A DNA stretch of 64,000 nt from Octopus sinensis (GCF_006345805.1 NC_043006.1:4774001-4838000), one strand, 5' to 3'. Positions 24,355 to 38,347 are shown, numbered from the stretch's first letter. Translations and numbers: made by a program. Notes: generated by a model not told the origin, from the letters alone.

Positions 24355-24600
24355 GTGTGTGTGTGTGTGTGTGCGTGTGTGTGCGCGCAGTAGTGCTTGT
24401 GTGCGTGTGTGTGTGTGCATATGCGCGTCTATATGTGCTTGTGTGTGTGCGTATGTATATATATATGTATATGTGCGTGTGTACGTGTGTGTGCGCGCAG
24501 TAGTACTTGTGTGCGTGTCTGTGTGCATATGCGTGTCTATATGTGCGTGTGCATATGCGTATATATATATATGTATATGTGCGTGTGAGCATGTGACCAC
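24355..24600. repeat. GT/AT-rich higher-order repeat (110-bp period x2)
   Basis: GCGCGCAGTAGT(G/A)CTTGTGTGCGTGT at 24383 and 24493 within degenerate (GT)n. Confidence 0.8.
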
Positions 24601-25206
24601 TCGCAATTGTGAGTGTGAAAGTGTGCATGCTTGCATGCATGCGTGCGCGTGCACTCGTGCTGTGTCACAAAGGTGGTGATAAATAGATCCATTTCAGGTT
24701 TGTAGTTTGTGTAAAAGAGAGAGAAGAACGTGCAAATGAAGACAGAAAACAAAAGGTTGCGATAGAATTTTGCGGAAAATTACGCTGGGTTTATTATTTA
24801 GACGTTGATGCGTGTTCTATGCTTGTATTTATGAATGCCTGTACATTACAAGTGTAAGCACTCCTAATAATCATACGCATAAATGTACATGATAAATACA
24901 TGCATCATACATATGTCCACGCATACAAACATACAAAGATACACACATGCATACACCTATTGAGACATACAAACATACATATATGCAAAGATGCATACAT
25001 GCATGCGTATTCATGAACGAAATATATCCTACAACTTGATCAGGTTTTTTCAGATATGGAACATGTTTAAAAGCTCTGCGTCCTTAAAGCATTCACTAAA
25101 CACAATATACATACCTGCATGCGCACGTACTCGCCCCCACCTACGCATACACACGCATATAAAGTCTCGCACACCACGTGCGCGCATATACACTCTTGCA
25201 CATCCA

Positions 25207-25610
25207 AAGGCGGCGAGCTTGCAGAATCCTTTAGCACGCCGGGCGAAATGCTTAGCGGTATTTCGTCTGCCGCTACGTTCTGAGTTCAAATTCCGCCGAG
25301 GTCGACTTTGCCTTTCATCCTTTCAGGGTCGATGAATTAAGTACCAGTTACGCACTGGGGTCGATATAAACGACTTAATCCGTTTGTCTGACCTTGTTTG
25401 TCCTCTCTGTGTTTAGCCCCTTGTGGGTAGTATAGAAACAGAAACGTCAGCACGCCGGGCGAAATGCTTAGCCGTATTTCGTCTCCCTTTAGGTTCTGGG
25501 TTCAAATTCCACCGAGGTCGACTTTGCCTTTCATCTTTTCGGGGTCGTTAAATTAAGTACCAGTTACGCACTGGGGTCGATCTAATCGACTTAATCGGTT
25601 TGTCTGTCCT
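25207..25610 (+). mobile_element. SINE family B dimer with a different junction
   Basis: First unit ends GTAGTATAGAAA and the second restarts at CAGAAACGTCAGCACGCC (about 25439); the second tail is truncated. Confidence 0.88.
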
Positions 25611-25959
25611 TTAATCTTTATGCTCTGCAACGCCTTTGACTGTTCCTGAAAAAAGTGGCATAAAATATCGTTAAATTTGTCCCGAACACCCTGTATAAAT
25701 CCATCCATCCATCCATCCATCCATCCATCCATCCATCCATCACACACAAACACACACACACATATGATATAATATCATTCTTTACAACACGTTTACCTTG
25801 CTCATAAGTTGTTCACATGCATCATAGGCAAGCTAAACAAAACCTGCTCAGCCTCTAGTCAAAGTTTTCAAAAACATTCTTCAATTACAATATTGCCATT
25901 TGGTGTCTCTTAGGAGCACACGATCTAATTACCGTTCATATTAAGATAATAATTGTTTA

Positions 25960-28060
25960 CATCACTGAATAATATGCAATTAAATTCCAGTTAAAGAACC
26001 GGATGCAGTTTGGGATGTCAAAGAGCTCAAAGTTGGTGCGATGCTCCACAGCATCCTCAGCTTTTTGGATAGTAGTCTTGCAAGTACTACGATGGTGTGT
26101 GACATCCAGTCAGTCGATGGCAATAGGATAGTCTTTCCAGATGTCTTTGTCGGTGATGTTGTGTTTAGCCCCAGTTTAGCTCTAAATGAGCAACCTTATG
26201 ATTAACACATCCTCTTGTTCAGGTATAGACTACTCCAGATTGCAATATTCAATATTCCCTGTTCAAAAAATGTTAGGGTGGGGGTACGAGCAAAATTTGG
26301 TTACTGTTTCTAGCTGATCGAAGTACCATACGTAGGTTCCTTCTCTTGCTTGTAGATAGACAGTGTAAAACTCTAATCATTTAGCTGATGTGAAACGTTA
26401 TAGGATTCAGAAGATAGTGTGGGAGATGAGAGTGAAGGAGATGAGTGTGTGGTAGATGTGTAATGGGTAGCATTGATTAGGCTGTGGACGGACGATCTGT
26501 CGGGTGTACAGAAGGCGATGTTTGGTAAAATGTGGGTGTTGTATACATTTATGCTTCTTAAGTTTTTAAGCAAAGCACCTGGAATGGAGTCTGGTTTGCT
26601 AACACGTTCTGATAGATATTTGTGTAGAGATAGTTTGTTGTGTTGACATTTGGGAAAAGTTAGAAGTACAACTTGTGTTTTAATTTAATTTTAATGATAC
26701 TAGTGACATAACAGCGTAGTAAAAGCAATTCATTGTGAAGCACGTGAGTGGTGAGGGATTGAAATATCGTTGAAGACTAAATGTCAGAGAAGAGAAAAGG
26801 TCAATCTTTGATAACTTCTGAATATTTCTACAGGTGGAAAGATGTGAAAGTTAAAACAACCAATTATTTTTCTAGAGGATGTTGCATGCCTCCTGGGGGA
26901 ATATATAAGCAGCAAAAAAGGAATATATATATTAAGTTTACAGTTATTATACAACACTCTATCATATAAGCTCAATAGAAATCGCACTGAAATTGTTATT
27001 GTTAGCAAAATTTTGCCGCTGCCCTTAACTATTAATCATCAAAGGTAAATCCATAGAAATAATTGATTTTTAATTGCTTTATGTGGTTGGACGCTGGATT
27101 AAAGGTCTCAATATACTTGATTTGAAATTTCTAGATTCTCAGTTCAAATCTCATCAATATTCTTTTAACTCTCTTGAGATTGATTAGATTGATCTTTTAT
27201 TATCCACAAGGGACAATACATAGATGGGACAACACAAACATAAACTCGGGGAACTTAAAATACAAAAAGAGGATGAATGAAGACGAAAATAATTAAATTA
27301 AAGAAATCGAATGAAATATGAAAATATATAATGATGAAGCGCAAAGCCCACTCGACCCCACGAAGTCGAGTGTTGAGATTGATTAAATAAATACAAGTTA
27401 TCTGTGATCAGGGAATGCACATGAAATTCATGCACAGATTAGCGCAATATTGATGTTGATTGGGCGAGAATAATTTAAATATCGTTTGGGATTTAGATGT
27501 AATCTTCAACATTGAAGAAACGGACACAATTATAGAAAAAATTAAACACTACCAAAAGGAGAATGCAATATGTTTAAAATGGTAGCTTTATTGGAGTCTT
27601 CTAATTGAATCGTATTTTTGAAGCACTTTTGCGACACCAACATTTTCAGGATACTGTCTTTATTCATGCATGCCATGTAAGATTGTTCATGAAATACCAA
27701 AACTACAATGAATGGTTTGTATCATCAGATTAAAGGTGTGTGTATGACTGTGCATATGGAGGTGGGTGGTGGTGTATGTATGTGTATGTGTGCGTGTGCT
27801 TAGAGATAACAATTACCAGATCGTTAGTATACAAAGAAAACGTGTAGAGTACATGACCAGTCCCAGCGCTACACCAGGGTTGATAAAATCAGGGTTTGAG
27901 AGAATATTGTTGAAAAATTCTGTGATGTTACAGTCTGGTAGGAGACTTTTGATCAGAGGAATGTCAAATCCATAGAACTCATAAATGGGCAGTTTAGTTA
28001 AGAGATTCTAGTTGTAAATGATGTCGGAGACTTCCTTAGAACTTCCTTTAATGTCCTTCG
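25960..28060 (-). mobile_element. Scattered decayed CR1-like RT fragments
   Basis: 27820-28060 minus strand reads LLTKL..YGF..LIKSLL..INPGVALG..YTNDL (RT GVPQG/YIND region); weaker remnants at 25960-26640. Confidence 0.4.
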
Positions 28061-28129
28061 TTTCCTTAATATTCTTTAGTTTTGGGTGACAATAACGGAT
28101 TATGTCAAGAGGTAAGAAATACTTGCAAA

Positions 28130-28260
28130 GTCTGTGCGGTGATCTGGAATGAGGATAAGAGATGAGACTAACGGGATAAGGGATGAGGATAAGGGAATGA
28201 GGATAAGGGATGAGACTAACAATAGAAAGTAAAACATATGGGAAAGAGATGAGACTAATG
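28130..28260. repeat. Purine-rich minisatellite (GATGAGGATAAGG/GATGAGACTAA variants)
   Basis: Direct reading. Confidence 0.75.
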
Positions 28261-28391
28261 TCTGTAATAATAAAACATACCTGGTAGAAAGAAGACTAAC
28301 GGATGTAATAGCAAAACGTATGACCACATATTAATGCTAATCTGTCTTCGACTATTGATACAATTAGTCAATGTCTGTTTTAAATTATTAT

Positions 28392-28790
28392 ACTAGCAGT
28401 ATAGCCCGGCGTTGCTCGGGCTTGTTTTTGTTTCGACCCTTCAGAATTGGAATGTTTGAAAAATAAACATTTTGCATTATGTAGCTTGTTATTCTTTTTA
28501 AGTGAACATTTTTCTGGTTGAAATACGCCAAAAAATGGCGACACAGCAGTAAAAAAATCGTAAAAAATAGGGATTTTCATAGGAAAAAAGCACCTTTTTG
28601 ATGTAAATAATTTTTGGTGTTAACATGATCCGATTTGAATTTTTCTTCTACGAAATGAAGAGCAAGCCTTTTTCTATCATACTCTCAATTTTGGTCAACT
28701 TGCGCCGCAGGGTCTTGGAGGAGATAGTGTTAGTTGAAAGCTACCAAACCTGTCGCACACACACACAGACAACTTCAGCTTTATATATAA
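28392..28790 (+). mobile_element. Non-autonomous Helitron/Helentron-like element
   Basis: 5' ACTAGCAGTATAGCCCGGCGTTGCTCGGG (CCCG/CGGG hairpin); 3' (CA)n-GACAACTTCAGCTTTATATATAA; no coding capacity. Resembles Lep1/DINE-1-type elements. Confidence 0.5.
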
Positions 28791-29089
28791 AAATTTAATA
28801 AATATTCTCTCTCTGTCTATGTATGCATGTATGCATGTACATATATTTATGCATGTATACACACAGATTATTATTATTGTTCAACATTTGGTAGTTTCAG
28901 GCAAATTTATAATGCATCACCTGCTGCACCTCCGTGTTGCTGGGGTGTGTGCAGCGTTGTGTGTTCTTTTCTATTGTTGAGAGTGTGCAAACTCTTCCCG
29001 GTATTGTATTGCGTCAGTTTTTTTTTCTCTTGATGTGTGGTGCAGTCTTTTGATGTGTTACTGCTTGTATTATATGTCGAATGTGTAAA

Positions 29090-29570
29090 GCGTTGGTTAT
29101 CTGATTAATGGTACTACTCTTGAATGTATCGCTTCAATAAGATTTTTGGATTTCAGCTTTGACTATAATAATTTTCTGCCTCTCCTTATGTACTCCCTAC
29201 TAGTATTTTGTTTCATTTCTTAATTTTTTAAAATCTTGTCTGCTTCCAGTATTCCCAAGAACTTATACCACTGTCCCTTCTCAACCGCTCTCATTGTTTG
29301 ACCATTTGGCATTTCAATTCCTTGCCTTTCTTCAAATCTTCCTCGTTTCATTTTCAGTATAACATACTTTTATATTTTAATTTCCATACCAACGTCAATG
29401 CGGATAGTGTGGACAAGACTTCCAAGCTGTTTCTCACTTTTCGCATAAACCTTTTTATCATCCATGAAAAGGAGATGATTTATCTGACCATTTCCTTTTC
29501 CAAAATCACAAACAATTTTAACTTTTCGTAGTATCATAGAGAGCGGTGTCATGGCCAATACGAATAGTAT
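29090..29570 (-). mobile_element. R4/Dong-clade LINE RT relic
   Basis: INHLLFMDDKKVYAKSEKQLGSLV..GME followed by MKRGRFEERQGIEMPNGQ..YKFLGILEADKI..SREYIRRGRKLL*SKLK: the HLLxMDD and downstream pattern of R4/Dong RTs. Confidence 0.7.
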
Positions 29571-29765
29571 TTGAAATAAGAAATTCCCTTGGAATTTTAC
29601 TCATCTAATGTTCACTTTTCCAAGTTTTTGTTTTCCTCCGATCAATTCAGTAGTCCAATATTTCATACTTTCATTAAGCATTTTCTCCATTTTTTTTTGT
29701 TATTCCAAACATATCATTATTATTATTATTATCATTATTATTGTTGTTGTTGTTGTTGTTATTCA

Positions 29766-29830
29766 AGCGCGAGCTGGCAGAATTGTTAGCACGCCGGGCG
29801 AAATATTTAGCGGTACTTCGTCTGCCGCTA
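29766..29830 (+). mobile_element. SINE family B head fragment
   Basis: AAGCGCGAGCTGGCAGAATTGTTAGCACGCCGGGCGAAATATTTAGCGGTACTTCGTCTGCCGCTAC. Confidence 0.8.
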
Positions 29831-31394
29831 CATATTTAAAAAGTTGCAATTAATGGGGCTATTTTTTGCTAACAGTTAGCCTCAAATGTATTATTTGAGT
29901 TAATTTTTTAATTATAGAGTAGCTAATGAAAGCTATTATTTTTAGCTTTTAAATCTAAATATATTTTAAAATTTTAAGTACAGCTGCAATATTTTGAGTA
30001 TAAATATACTTGTTCTGTACTTTCCAAGATGTTATAACTTGTCTTGCAATTTTCCAGGTTTAATATCTTAAGAATATTAACCTCCATGTGTCCGCATTTT
30101 TCAATGTAATCCGCTTTTTTTTCCAGGCAATGCAATTAGACTAATAAATAGTGACAATTAATAATTTATAATTTTACCTGATTAAAAATTTTTCTTTTTA
30201 TTTAATACTTTTGTTAAATAATTTTTGAAAATTATTTTTCATGTTTGATGATTGAATTAAAAGCAGAATAAGTATTAATCTAAATAAATAAAAAATGAAT
30301 CGTAAGAGCACTTTAGTTACACTGGCTCATGACAAATTCGAAATTTGTAATTAGAAAATGAGCGAATGCATCCATCCTACGGCACGTGGACCATGCTTTG
30401 ATGGAAGGGCACCCACCGCCTTTGTAGAGAAAATTATTAGAATAAATTAATGCTAGAAAGGTGGTGCGTATTTACAACTTGACGTTGGACTTCAAGCAGT
30501 GTTTGATTGCCAACATATTAAATAAGTGGTAAACAAGTATTAGTGTGTTAGATTATGTAAAAAAAAAAAAAGGCTAAAAATCGGGGATTGGTGAATCTGC
30601 AATTTTTTTCATTGTAGTAGTCAAAAAACGCAAGTTGCTGTGCTGGAAATGCGAAATATTGATTTTTAACTACCTAAATGCAAGATATAAACAATCAATA
30701 TATATCATTCAATCAAACAGTCATTCAAACTAAAAAGTTAATTATGAGAATTATAATTGTAAGTTTAATTAAGTATTCAATCATTAATTACTAACTAAAA
30801 GAAGCAAAAAAGAAGAAAAATGAAATGCACCTATTTTATTCAAACCATTCGTACATTTTCGTTTGTTTATTTGTTTTTTTTTTAAAACAAGTGAGCCCTT
30901 GTTTTTATTTTAATTTTTTTGTTTTTAAAATTTTAAAATTTTTTGCGCTATATATTTTCTAATTAAGATACGAAATAAACTAATTGTCAAACAGAAATGA
31001 GCTGTTTTGATTAGGAGAAGGTTTCAAATTAAATTTTAAGAATTTTTTTATTTACTTAAATTCACAAAATTGATTCAGAAACGAAATTAAAGCTCATTAA
31101 GCTTAAATAAAATATATTTTGCTTTTAAAATAAGAAAGTTACTTTTTATTCAAAGTCGATTTTTCGCCTTACTCTCCCCATCTGAACTTCGCATATTTTA
31201 GCGTAACTTTTTTTCCACTGAACCAAATTTCACTAGGTTGGGAGGTGACTATTATAGAACTGCTAACAGTTTTGAATTTGGTTAGGAAATAAGTTAGTGA
31301 CAAAGCTTTGAAGAGGCTGCGAGAGAGTAAATGTCAACCTTAAGAATATTATTCAACCACTACAGTGGTTGAATGATATATACATAAATAGATA

Positions 31395-31800
31395 TCTTTT
31401 ATCTTTTATCTTTTACTTATTTCAATCATTAGACTGTAGCCATGCTGGGGCACTGCCTTGAATTTTTAGTCGAATGAATCAACCCCAGTACTTATTTTTA
31501 AAACCTTGTACTTATTATATCGGTTTCTTTTGCCGAAACGCTAAGTTACGGGGGACGTAAACACATCAACACCGGTTGTCAAGCGGGGGGGCAAACACAG
31601 ATACAAAGACACACACATATAAATACACACACACACATATATATACGACGGGATTCTTTCAGTTTCCATCTACCAAATCCACTCACAATGCTTTGGTCGG
31701 CCCGAGGCAATAGTAGAAGACACAGACACAAGGTGCCACGCAGTGGGACTGACCCGGAACCATGTGGTTGAGAAGCAAGCTTCTTACCACGCAACCACTC
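31395..31800 (-). mobile_element. SINE family A
   Basis: Similarity to 7991-8412 over its full length. Confidence 0.88.
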
Positions 31801-32220
31801 TTTTATTCTTTTATTCTGTTCCTTGTTCTAGTGCCATGCTGGAGTACCACTTTGAAGAGTTTTTACTCGAACAAACCAACCCCAGGATTAATTTTTTAAG
31901 CCTAGTATTTATTCTATCGTTCTGTTTTGCCGAACCGTTAATTTACAGGGACCTAAACACACCAACACTGGTGGTCAAGCGGTGATGGGGGTATAAACAC
32001 AGACACAAAGACAAACACACATAGACATATGCATAACTATGAATATATGACAGCCTTCTTTCAGTTTCCTTCTACCAAATCCACTCACAAGGCTTTGGCC
32101 GGCCCGAGGCTATAGTAGAAGACACTCGCCCAAAATGCCATGTAATGGGACTGGACCCGGAGCCATGTAGTGGAACTGGACCCGGAACCATGTGGTTGGG
32201 AAGCAAGTCTCTTACTACAG
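31801..32220 (-). mobile_element. SINE family A, more diverged, abutting the previous copy head-to-tail
   Basis: Family-A body; about 24-bp duplication in the head (GCCATGTAATGGGACTGGACCCGGA/GCCATGTAGTGGAACTGGACCCGGA). Confidence 0.8.
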
Positions 32221-32624
32221 GTATTTGAAAGCACAAAGAAAGCTGTACGGTTAAGATTATTGCCATATACTGGGACTGCGTCTGTCCGTGTGCGTGCCTT
32301 ACTTTGTCGTTACCGCTTGACAATCAGTGTATGTTTGCTTGCGTCCTTGAACGAAACAGTTCAGCAAAAAAAAGACACTGATAGAATACGTATTGGAGGT
32401 CGATTTGATCGACTGAAAATTTGTTGAAAGCCGTGCTGCTGTCCAAGACCAAAAGAACACCATATGTAGTTTACAGTTATCTAATCTTATTTTGTTTGTG
32501 CGTTGATGGAACTTCATTTATGTGTGGGCGGTTGTTTGCGTCAGCGTAGGAAACGTAATTAATGGATTTCACGCCTTCACACACACATACGCAGACTCTC
32601 GCACAAACACACGTAAATACAGAC

Positions 32625-32668
<44 letters not shown>

Positions 32669-33944
32669 CTGTGCGTGTGCGTGCATGTGTGTGTGTATAT
32701 ATACGCATATATGCATATATATAAATATGGTGCTATGCAAATGGTTATATTCATAGACGCACATCATTGAGATAAGGAATAAGGTCAAGTCTTAAGATTT
32801 TGCGAAAGCTGAGTGAAGAATAGTGTCAGTAATAAATTGTTATGAGGAAGAAAGACAAAAGAAAGGGGAGACTAAAATGTAATGAGGAAGAGAAAAAGAC
32901 TGATGACAGTGTCTAATGAAATGATGGCAATTTGAATGAAATTCCCTATTAAGGAAACGCCAGAAAATAGTAGATCAACAACCGGATATATGATTAAGAA
33001 ACGTAATGTGTTCTTTTTTATTTTCGCTTCTTTCAAAGATAAAGGAAGCAGATAATACCAGGATGTTCAGGGATAATATGAAATAAAAATTTGTGACGTT
33101 CCATTAGGTTTTTTTGTTTGTTTGACAAAATGTTTTATATTGACTCCTGTGGAGAGAACCAGTCCAACTGTTGTTATCTCACAGCCGACCTAATGTATCT
33201 CACCTCCTTCATGATGCTGCTCTCTTTCACAATAACAGCCTTCACTTATCTCATTTCAATTTTTCTATCGTTCTTCGTCCATCTCCTTCTCATTCCTATT
33301 TCAAAGGCGCCAAAACGGCAAGAAACAATTACCTAGACAGAAGGGGATGTTGTTATCGCTACTCATCTATACTTAAAGAAAGTTAGCAAATAAAAAAAAC
33401 CCCAAAAAATATTAATAGGAAAGAGGCCGTGTAAAAGCGAGAAACTGAATGCAGGTTGAAAATGACTGCATATTAAACACACGTGATCTTGCCACGTTGA
33501 GTAATGTAGTTAATGGTGTAATTGAATGAAACCAAGTTGTTATTACAAAAACTGTTATTAAAAAAAAAAGAAGACTTAGCGGGGGTTTTGTCACTTGACT
33601 AACCACCCACTTAACTAATATACTATAATCATGTATGTACTTAGTTATGAAGTGATATCAAAATATCATAGACTTAATTAACCATCTTAATATAATGATA
33701 AATATTGAACAGCAATTATTGTATAAATTAGTTGTTTTTCAAAGGGAGCAGTAACGCCCATCGACGGGTGTTTCAGATAATTTAAAGTGAGTTGGAAAAT
33801 GAAAAAAAAAAAAATGCCACCAATCGCAAATGATAAGCGAAATGTGCTGTTGGGGAAACCTTGATGAGTTTTACAAGATCAAAAGGGAGGGCGTTTTCAG
33901 CAGAAACGTCTCGTTTTGAACCTCTGCTATAAAATTACTACTGC

Positions 33945-34137
33945 TATATACATAAATACATACATACATACATACATATATACATACATACATACATACA
34001 TACATACATGCATATATACATGTATGTATGTATATATATATATATATTATGTGAGTGTGTGTGTATACGTATATATATATATAATATATATATATGTATG
34101 TACGTATATGTACATATATATTGTATATATACATATA

Positions 34138-34192
<55 letters not shown>

Positions 34193-34215
34193 ATATGCAC
34201 ATATATACACACATA
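33945..34215. repeat. (TACA)n/(TA)n compound microsatellite
   Basis: Direct reading. Confidence 0.9.
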
Positions 34216-34834
34216 CACATAACCATTGATATAATGTTACCGAGCTTGATTGGGCTGGATTCCTAGAAATCTTGAATAATCTATCTTTGTGGTACTTGTA
34301 TAATTTCCTAGAAAACGATGGAGGACTTAATTATTTTCGAAAAAGTTATGGAAACATTTCTACCGTCGCTTTATACTTGCAAGATCACGTGTTTAGATGA
34401 TTTGTTCTTATCAAAATAAGTATATTGCTTTTTAAATTTCTATTGTTCAAAAGCAGACAAAAGAATTACCGCTTAATGCGATTACACTACAATTGTATAA
34501 TTCTTTATCTATTTTGATTGCATATTGCAGTTTTTGAACAACAGCGTCGTAAGTTCCCAATGAATCAAATACGTAATTTCAGTCCCAGAACATCATATTT
34601 TTTCAATGATGTTTTTATCCTTATGCAGTATAAGACATACACAAAAACACACACAAGCAAATTTTTTACCATTTATCCACGCCTGCACCTATATATATAT
34701 AAATATATGTGTGTGCATCGTCTGCCAATGATATAATTATAACTGATTTGTGCACAATGCGTCCATATGAGAGGTATATTTGTGTGTGTATGTATATATG
34801 TATATATATATACATACATACAGACACACACACA

Positions 34835-34926
<92 letters not shown>

Positions 34927-36170
34927 CAATTAATAAGGAGAAGAGATTTCAGGAGCCATAATTCATTTCGTCAGAATATATCTCAACACCGGATTACTTC
35001 ATAAAAATATATGTGAATATACATATACCGGTACAATATGAAATATAAAATATAACAACATAATTCTACTCGCATGACATCGTATGAAATTGTATGTCCA
35101 TGTTAGGAATCGATGAGAAAATTATCATGCATGCACGCTCAATATTACTTTAGTCGAAATCATGAAATGAATGACAGGGTGGCTCAAGATGATTTGAAGA
35201 GGAATCCATGTATTTAAGGAGACGTATGTAACCTGTTATTTTAAAATAAATGTTTCTTATATTCGGTTTCAAGCCGAATATAAAATAATATGTTATTTGT
35301 ACTTACTAAAATATGCAAAAAGTGGGTATTGTAAAAAATGAGAAAGAGATTCTAAACCAGATCATTCCTCTATTTTACTTGCATAAACGTATGTGCATGT
35401 TTCTTGTAGGTGTGTGGACTTATTTTAGAAAATTGTCACTCAAGCAATATTGTCTATAGTGCAACCTTAACCACGAATACTACACCAACTACTGAAGTTA
35501 CATGTATAGGGTCTACAACAAACTATTTTAAATCACGATACAACCACCCCATACACACTTTTTGCAACCCAAACTAGAAAAATGATACCGCTCTATCCAA
35601 ACATATGTGGTGTAAATATAAAATGAAAGTTTAGTGGGAATAAGAGCTACATTATTTCATTAGCATTCGTGATGTAATTACCAATTTACTTTAATTATTT
35701 TGACACGTTTAGCATTTATACAATTACCTTTAATGTTTGTGCTTTAATTTTTATTTTGATTTTGTGACCATCAACACATTCCTTGGGGTCGTTTTAAGGT
35801 ACTAAAACATCCCTATCTTCGATTTGTAGTCTCAAAAGTTGAAGTTTTAGAATTTATTTCTTCTTAATAATTGGTCAACTAGAATCGAACAGAAAATGTC
35901 TTCTGCTGTTTAGAAATATTCATACGTAACATACAGTGTTGACTCATACATAACACGTTGTTATACAGATTCATGAAACCAATAACAAATGAATGACTAA
36001 GAGAATCAGGAGCAAGTTTCGATCTCAGCCAAAGACATATATATATAGAGAGAGACTTAGTAATTTTAATATTTCTATTATTGAAAACAAGTGGATGTAT
36101 TCCACTGAAACTAGGTAAATAAAGCCTTCGAACTGGGACGATCAGTAGCGACACCTGCAAGTCTGACTAC

Positions 36171-36213
36171 GCTGCATTGATAAGGGGCAACAACCCTGAA
36201 ACATGTCTGTAGC
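36171..36213 (+). ncRNA. Minimal type I hammerhead ribozyme candidate, U3-A8 variant
   Basis: GCTGCA|TTGATAA|GGGG-CAACAA-CCCT|GAAA|CATGT|C|TGTAGC: 6-bp helix I, 4-bp helix II, palindromic helix III ACATGT, GUC cleavage triplet. Confidence 0.65.
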
Positions 36214-36380
36214 TGTCTGACTGGCAGGATGAAGCGGCTGACCTCCCTTGCTCGACGGTTTGTAATGGACGCAGGTTCGTGTGTCAAATAGCTAGCTTGA
36301 GGCGGTGGCCTCTTGGAGCTAATCAGTGACAGCTTTAGTCTTATATTTATAAGACTGCCATATTAGTATGGCGATAACTA

Positions 36381-36415
<35 letters not shown>

Positions 36416-37319
36416 CAGAACCAAAACAAAAGTTCGTATGCTAATATGCATACATTAGGTATAGAAACCAATTTTCAGACTGGTTAGAATTAGAAAAATG
36501 CTAAATTTAGGTTTCTAACAAAAGTAAAATTATGCTTGCTCAACAAAACGGACGTGGGTGAGATATTCACTTGGGCTATGTTCATTAATGCGTTTTTTAA
36601 AAATTTATGAACATTAACGCTATTCCCAGTAGCAAAAAATGAGGTTTAAAAAATCTACATTATTTGCTCACATAGAGAATATCCAACTAATTTTAGTACA
36701 GGAGTGAAACAGCTTAGCAATTTTTCACACGGAGATAATGGAAGATATCATCGATATTTTCTTTTGAAATTATGAAAAATACATAAAAGTGTATGAGTTG
36801 TCAAGTTGGTTCCACGACAGGGACAAAACATAGAAGGATAGGTTTGGTTCCTTAATTAGCTTCTTCAGATGAATGAGAGTGAAGCATATTTGTTGCAGTG
36901 GAGAGTTTTCTCAAAAGTGGAGTAACTTCGATCTTTTAAATATATGAGGCGGTCTGGTGTGGTGTATCTGTTTGGTGTCTGACTGGAATCGCACAATATA
37001 ATGAGTGCAGAGGGAATCATGCATGATTAAATATGTTCGGAAATGGATATTTGAAGAACATTTGGTGCATTCTGTCAAGGATACGGGTAGATGGTTACTA
37101 ACTAAGGCAAAAAGGGATTAATTGCATTACTGGACTAAAAGCCACTTTTTCCCAGTGGTGGTCGCCTACAACTCAGGTTCACCAATGTTCAAGATGGATT
37201 GTATTCGCAGCTGCAGAGGAAACAACGTCACGTCTTGGGTAGATATTTTACAACGTTTCTCGGCTGTTGGGGATTGGGTAGGTACAGATTGAGAAATATA
37301 TATATATATTCTCTCTCTC

Positions 37320-37388
<69 letters not shown>

Positions 37389-37746
37389 CATATAAAATTT
37401 CTGTTTGTAGAATAACTAAAACTATATTTAATTTATCCCTCCAAAACTCTCACTCCTTCTCTCTACCTTCCTTTATCAAAGTATCGAAATATCGTGTGAA
37501 GAATTTGTCAATAATGTGCATATGTTTAAACCTTATCAATTGGTGTAAATTTTATTGTGCGGGAGACTAACAGATATGATTTTTGAACTTATTTAAAGTG
37601 AAAATAAGTATAAAAATTATTCTTAAGAAAAAGTGCTGTTTATTGTTCTTTGCCCGTTCGGCACACACATCCATGCTAATAAGCGTAACATATAATAGGA
37701 TTAAAATACCGCGCTCTGAAGAACGAAGAGTAACTCGACAAATATA

Positions 37747-37979
37747 TATTTCTTTATTGCCCACAAGGGGCTAAACATAGAGAGGACAAACAAGGACAGA
37801 CATAGGTATTAAGTCGATTATATCGACCCCAGTGCGTAACTGGTACTTAATTTATCGACCCCGAAAGGATGAAAGGCAAAGTCGACCTCGGCGAAATTTG
37901 AACTCAGAACGTAACGGCAGACGAAATACTGCTAAGCATTTCGCCCGGCGTGCTAACGTTTCTGCCACCTCGCCGCCTT
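37747..37979 (-). mobile_element. SINE family B monomer with a 16-bp TSD
   Basis: TAACTCGACAAATATA at 37731-37746 and 37980-37995. Confidence 0.92.
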
Positions 37980-38347
37980 TAACTCGACAAATATAATCTG
38001 GTCATTATAAGGTTATGAGAAATGTTTATCCAGACTATTATAGAGCAGGAAAGAGAGAAAAATAAAGAGAAGGAAAAAGACAGACAAGTTTAAATTCACT
38101 AACGGAAAATGGGATGAACTAAAGGTACGAATTTGACTCATTGGTACGGCATATTGAGCCAGAGACAACGTATCCATGGCTAAGTTACGTAATATACATG
38201 TGAGGCAAAATGTACATAAATAAAAGGTAAGCATAAGATTCTTTTCACAGTTATTTAATTAATATGTGCCGCCGATGAATGTAATGACAAGCAAATAAGT
38301 TAAAGAAAATGCTCGTTGCATTTTCGTAAAATATTATAAGTCACCGT

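Noticed and set aside
24690-24760. Exon candidate FVVCVKEREERANEDRKQK
   Set aside because: Acceptors are ambiguous, the donor (GTTGCG) is weak, and no homology was recognised.
27349-27372. 8-bp hairpin CACTCGAC/GTCGAGTG, and a similar 8-bp stem at 38787-38816
   Set aside because: Isolated short stems are expected by chance; no hammerhead GAAA or other context.
34312-34420. Exon candidate after AATTTCCTAG (two partly open frames)
   Set aside because: No convincing in-frame donor and no homology.
37100-37280. Resemblance to a Helitron/PIF1 helicase motif or a coding exon
   Set aside because: It needs frameshifts, and the neighbouring Walker A motif is not recoverable.
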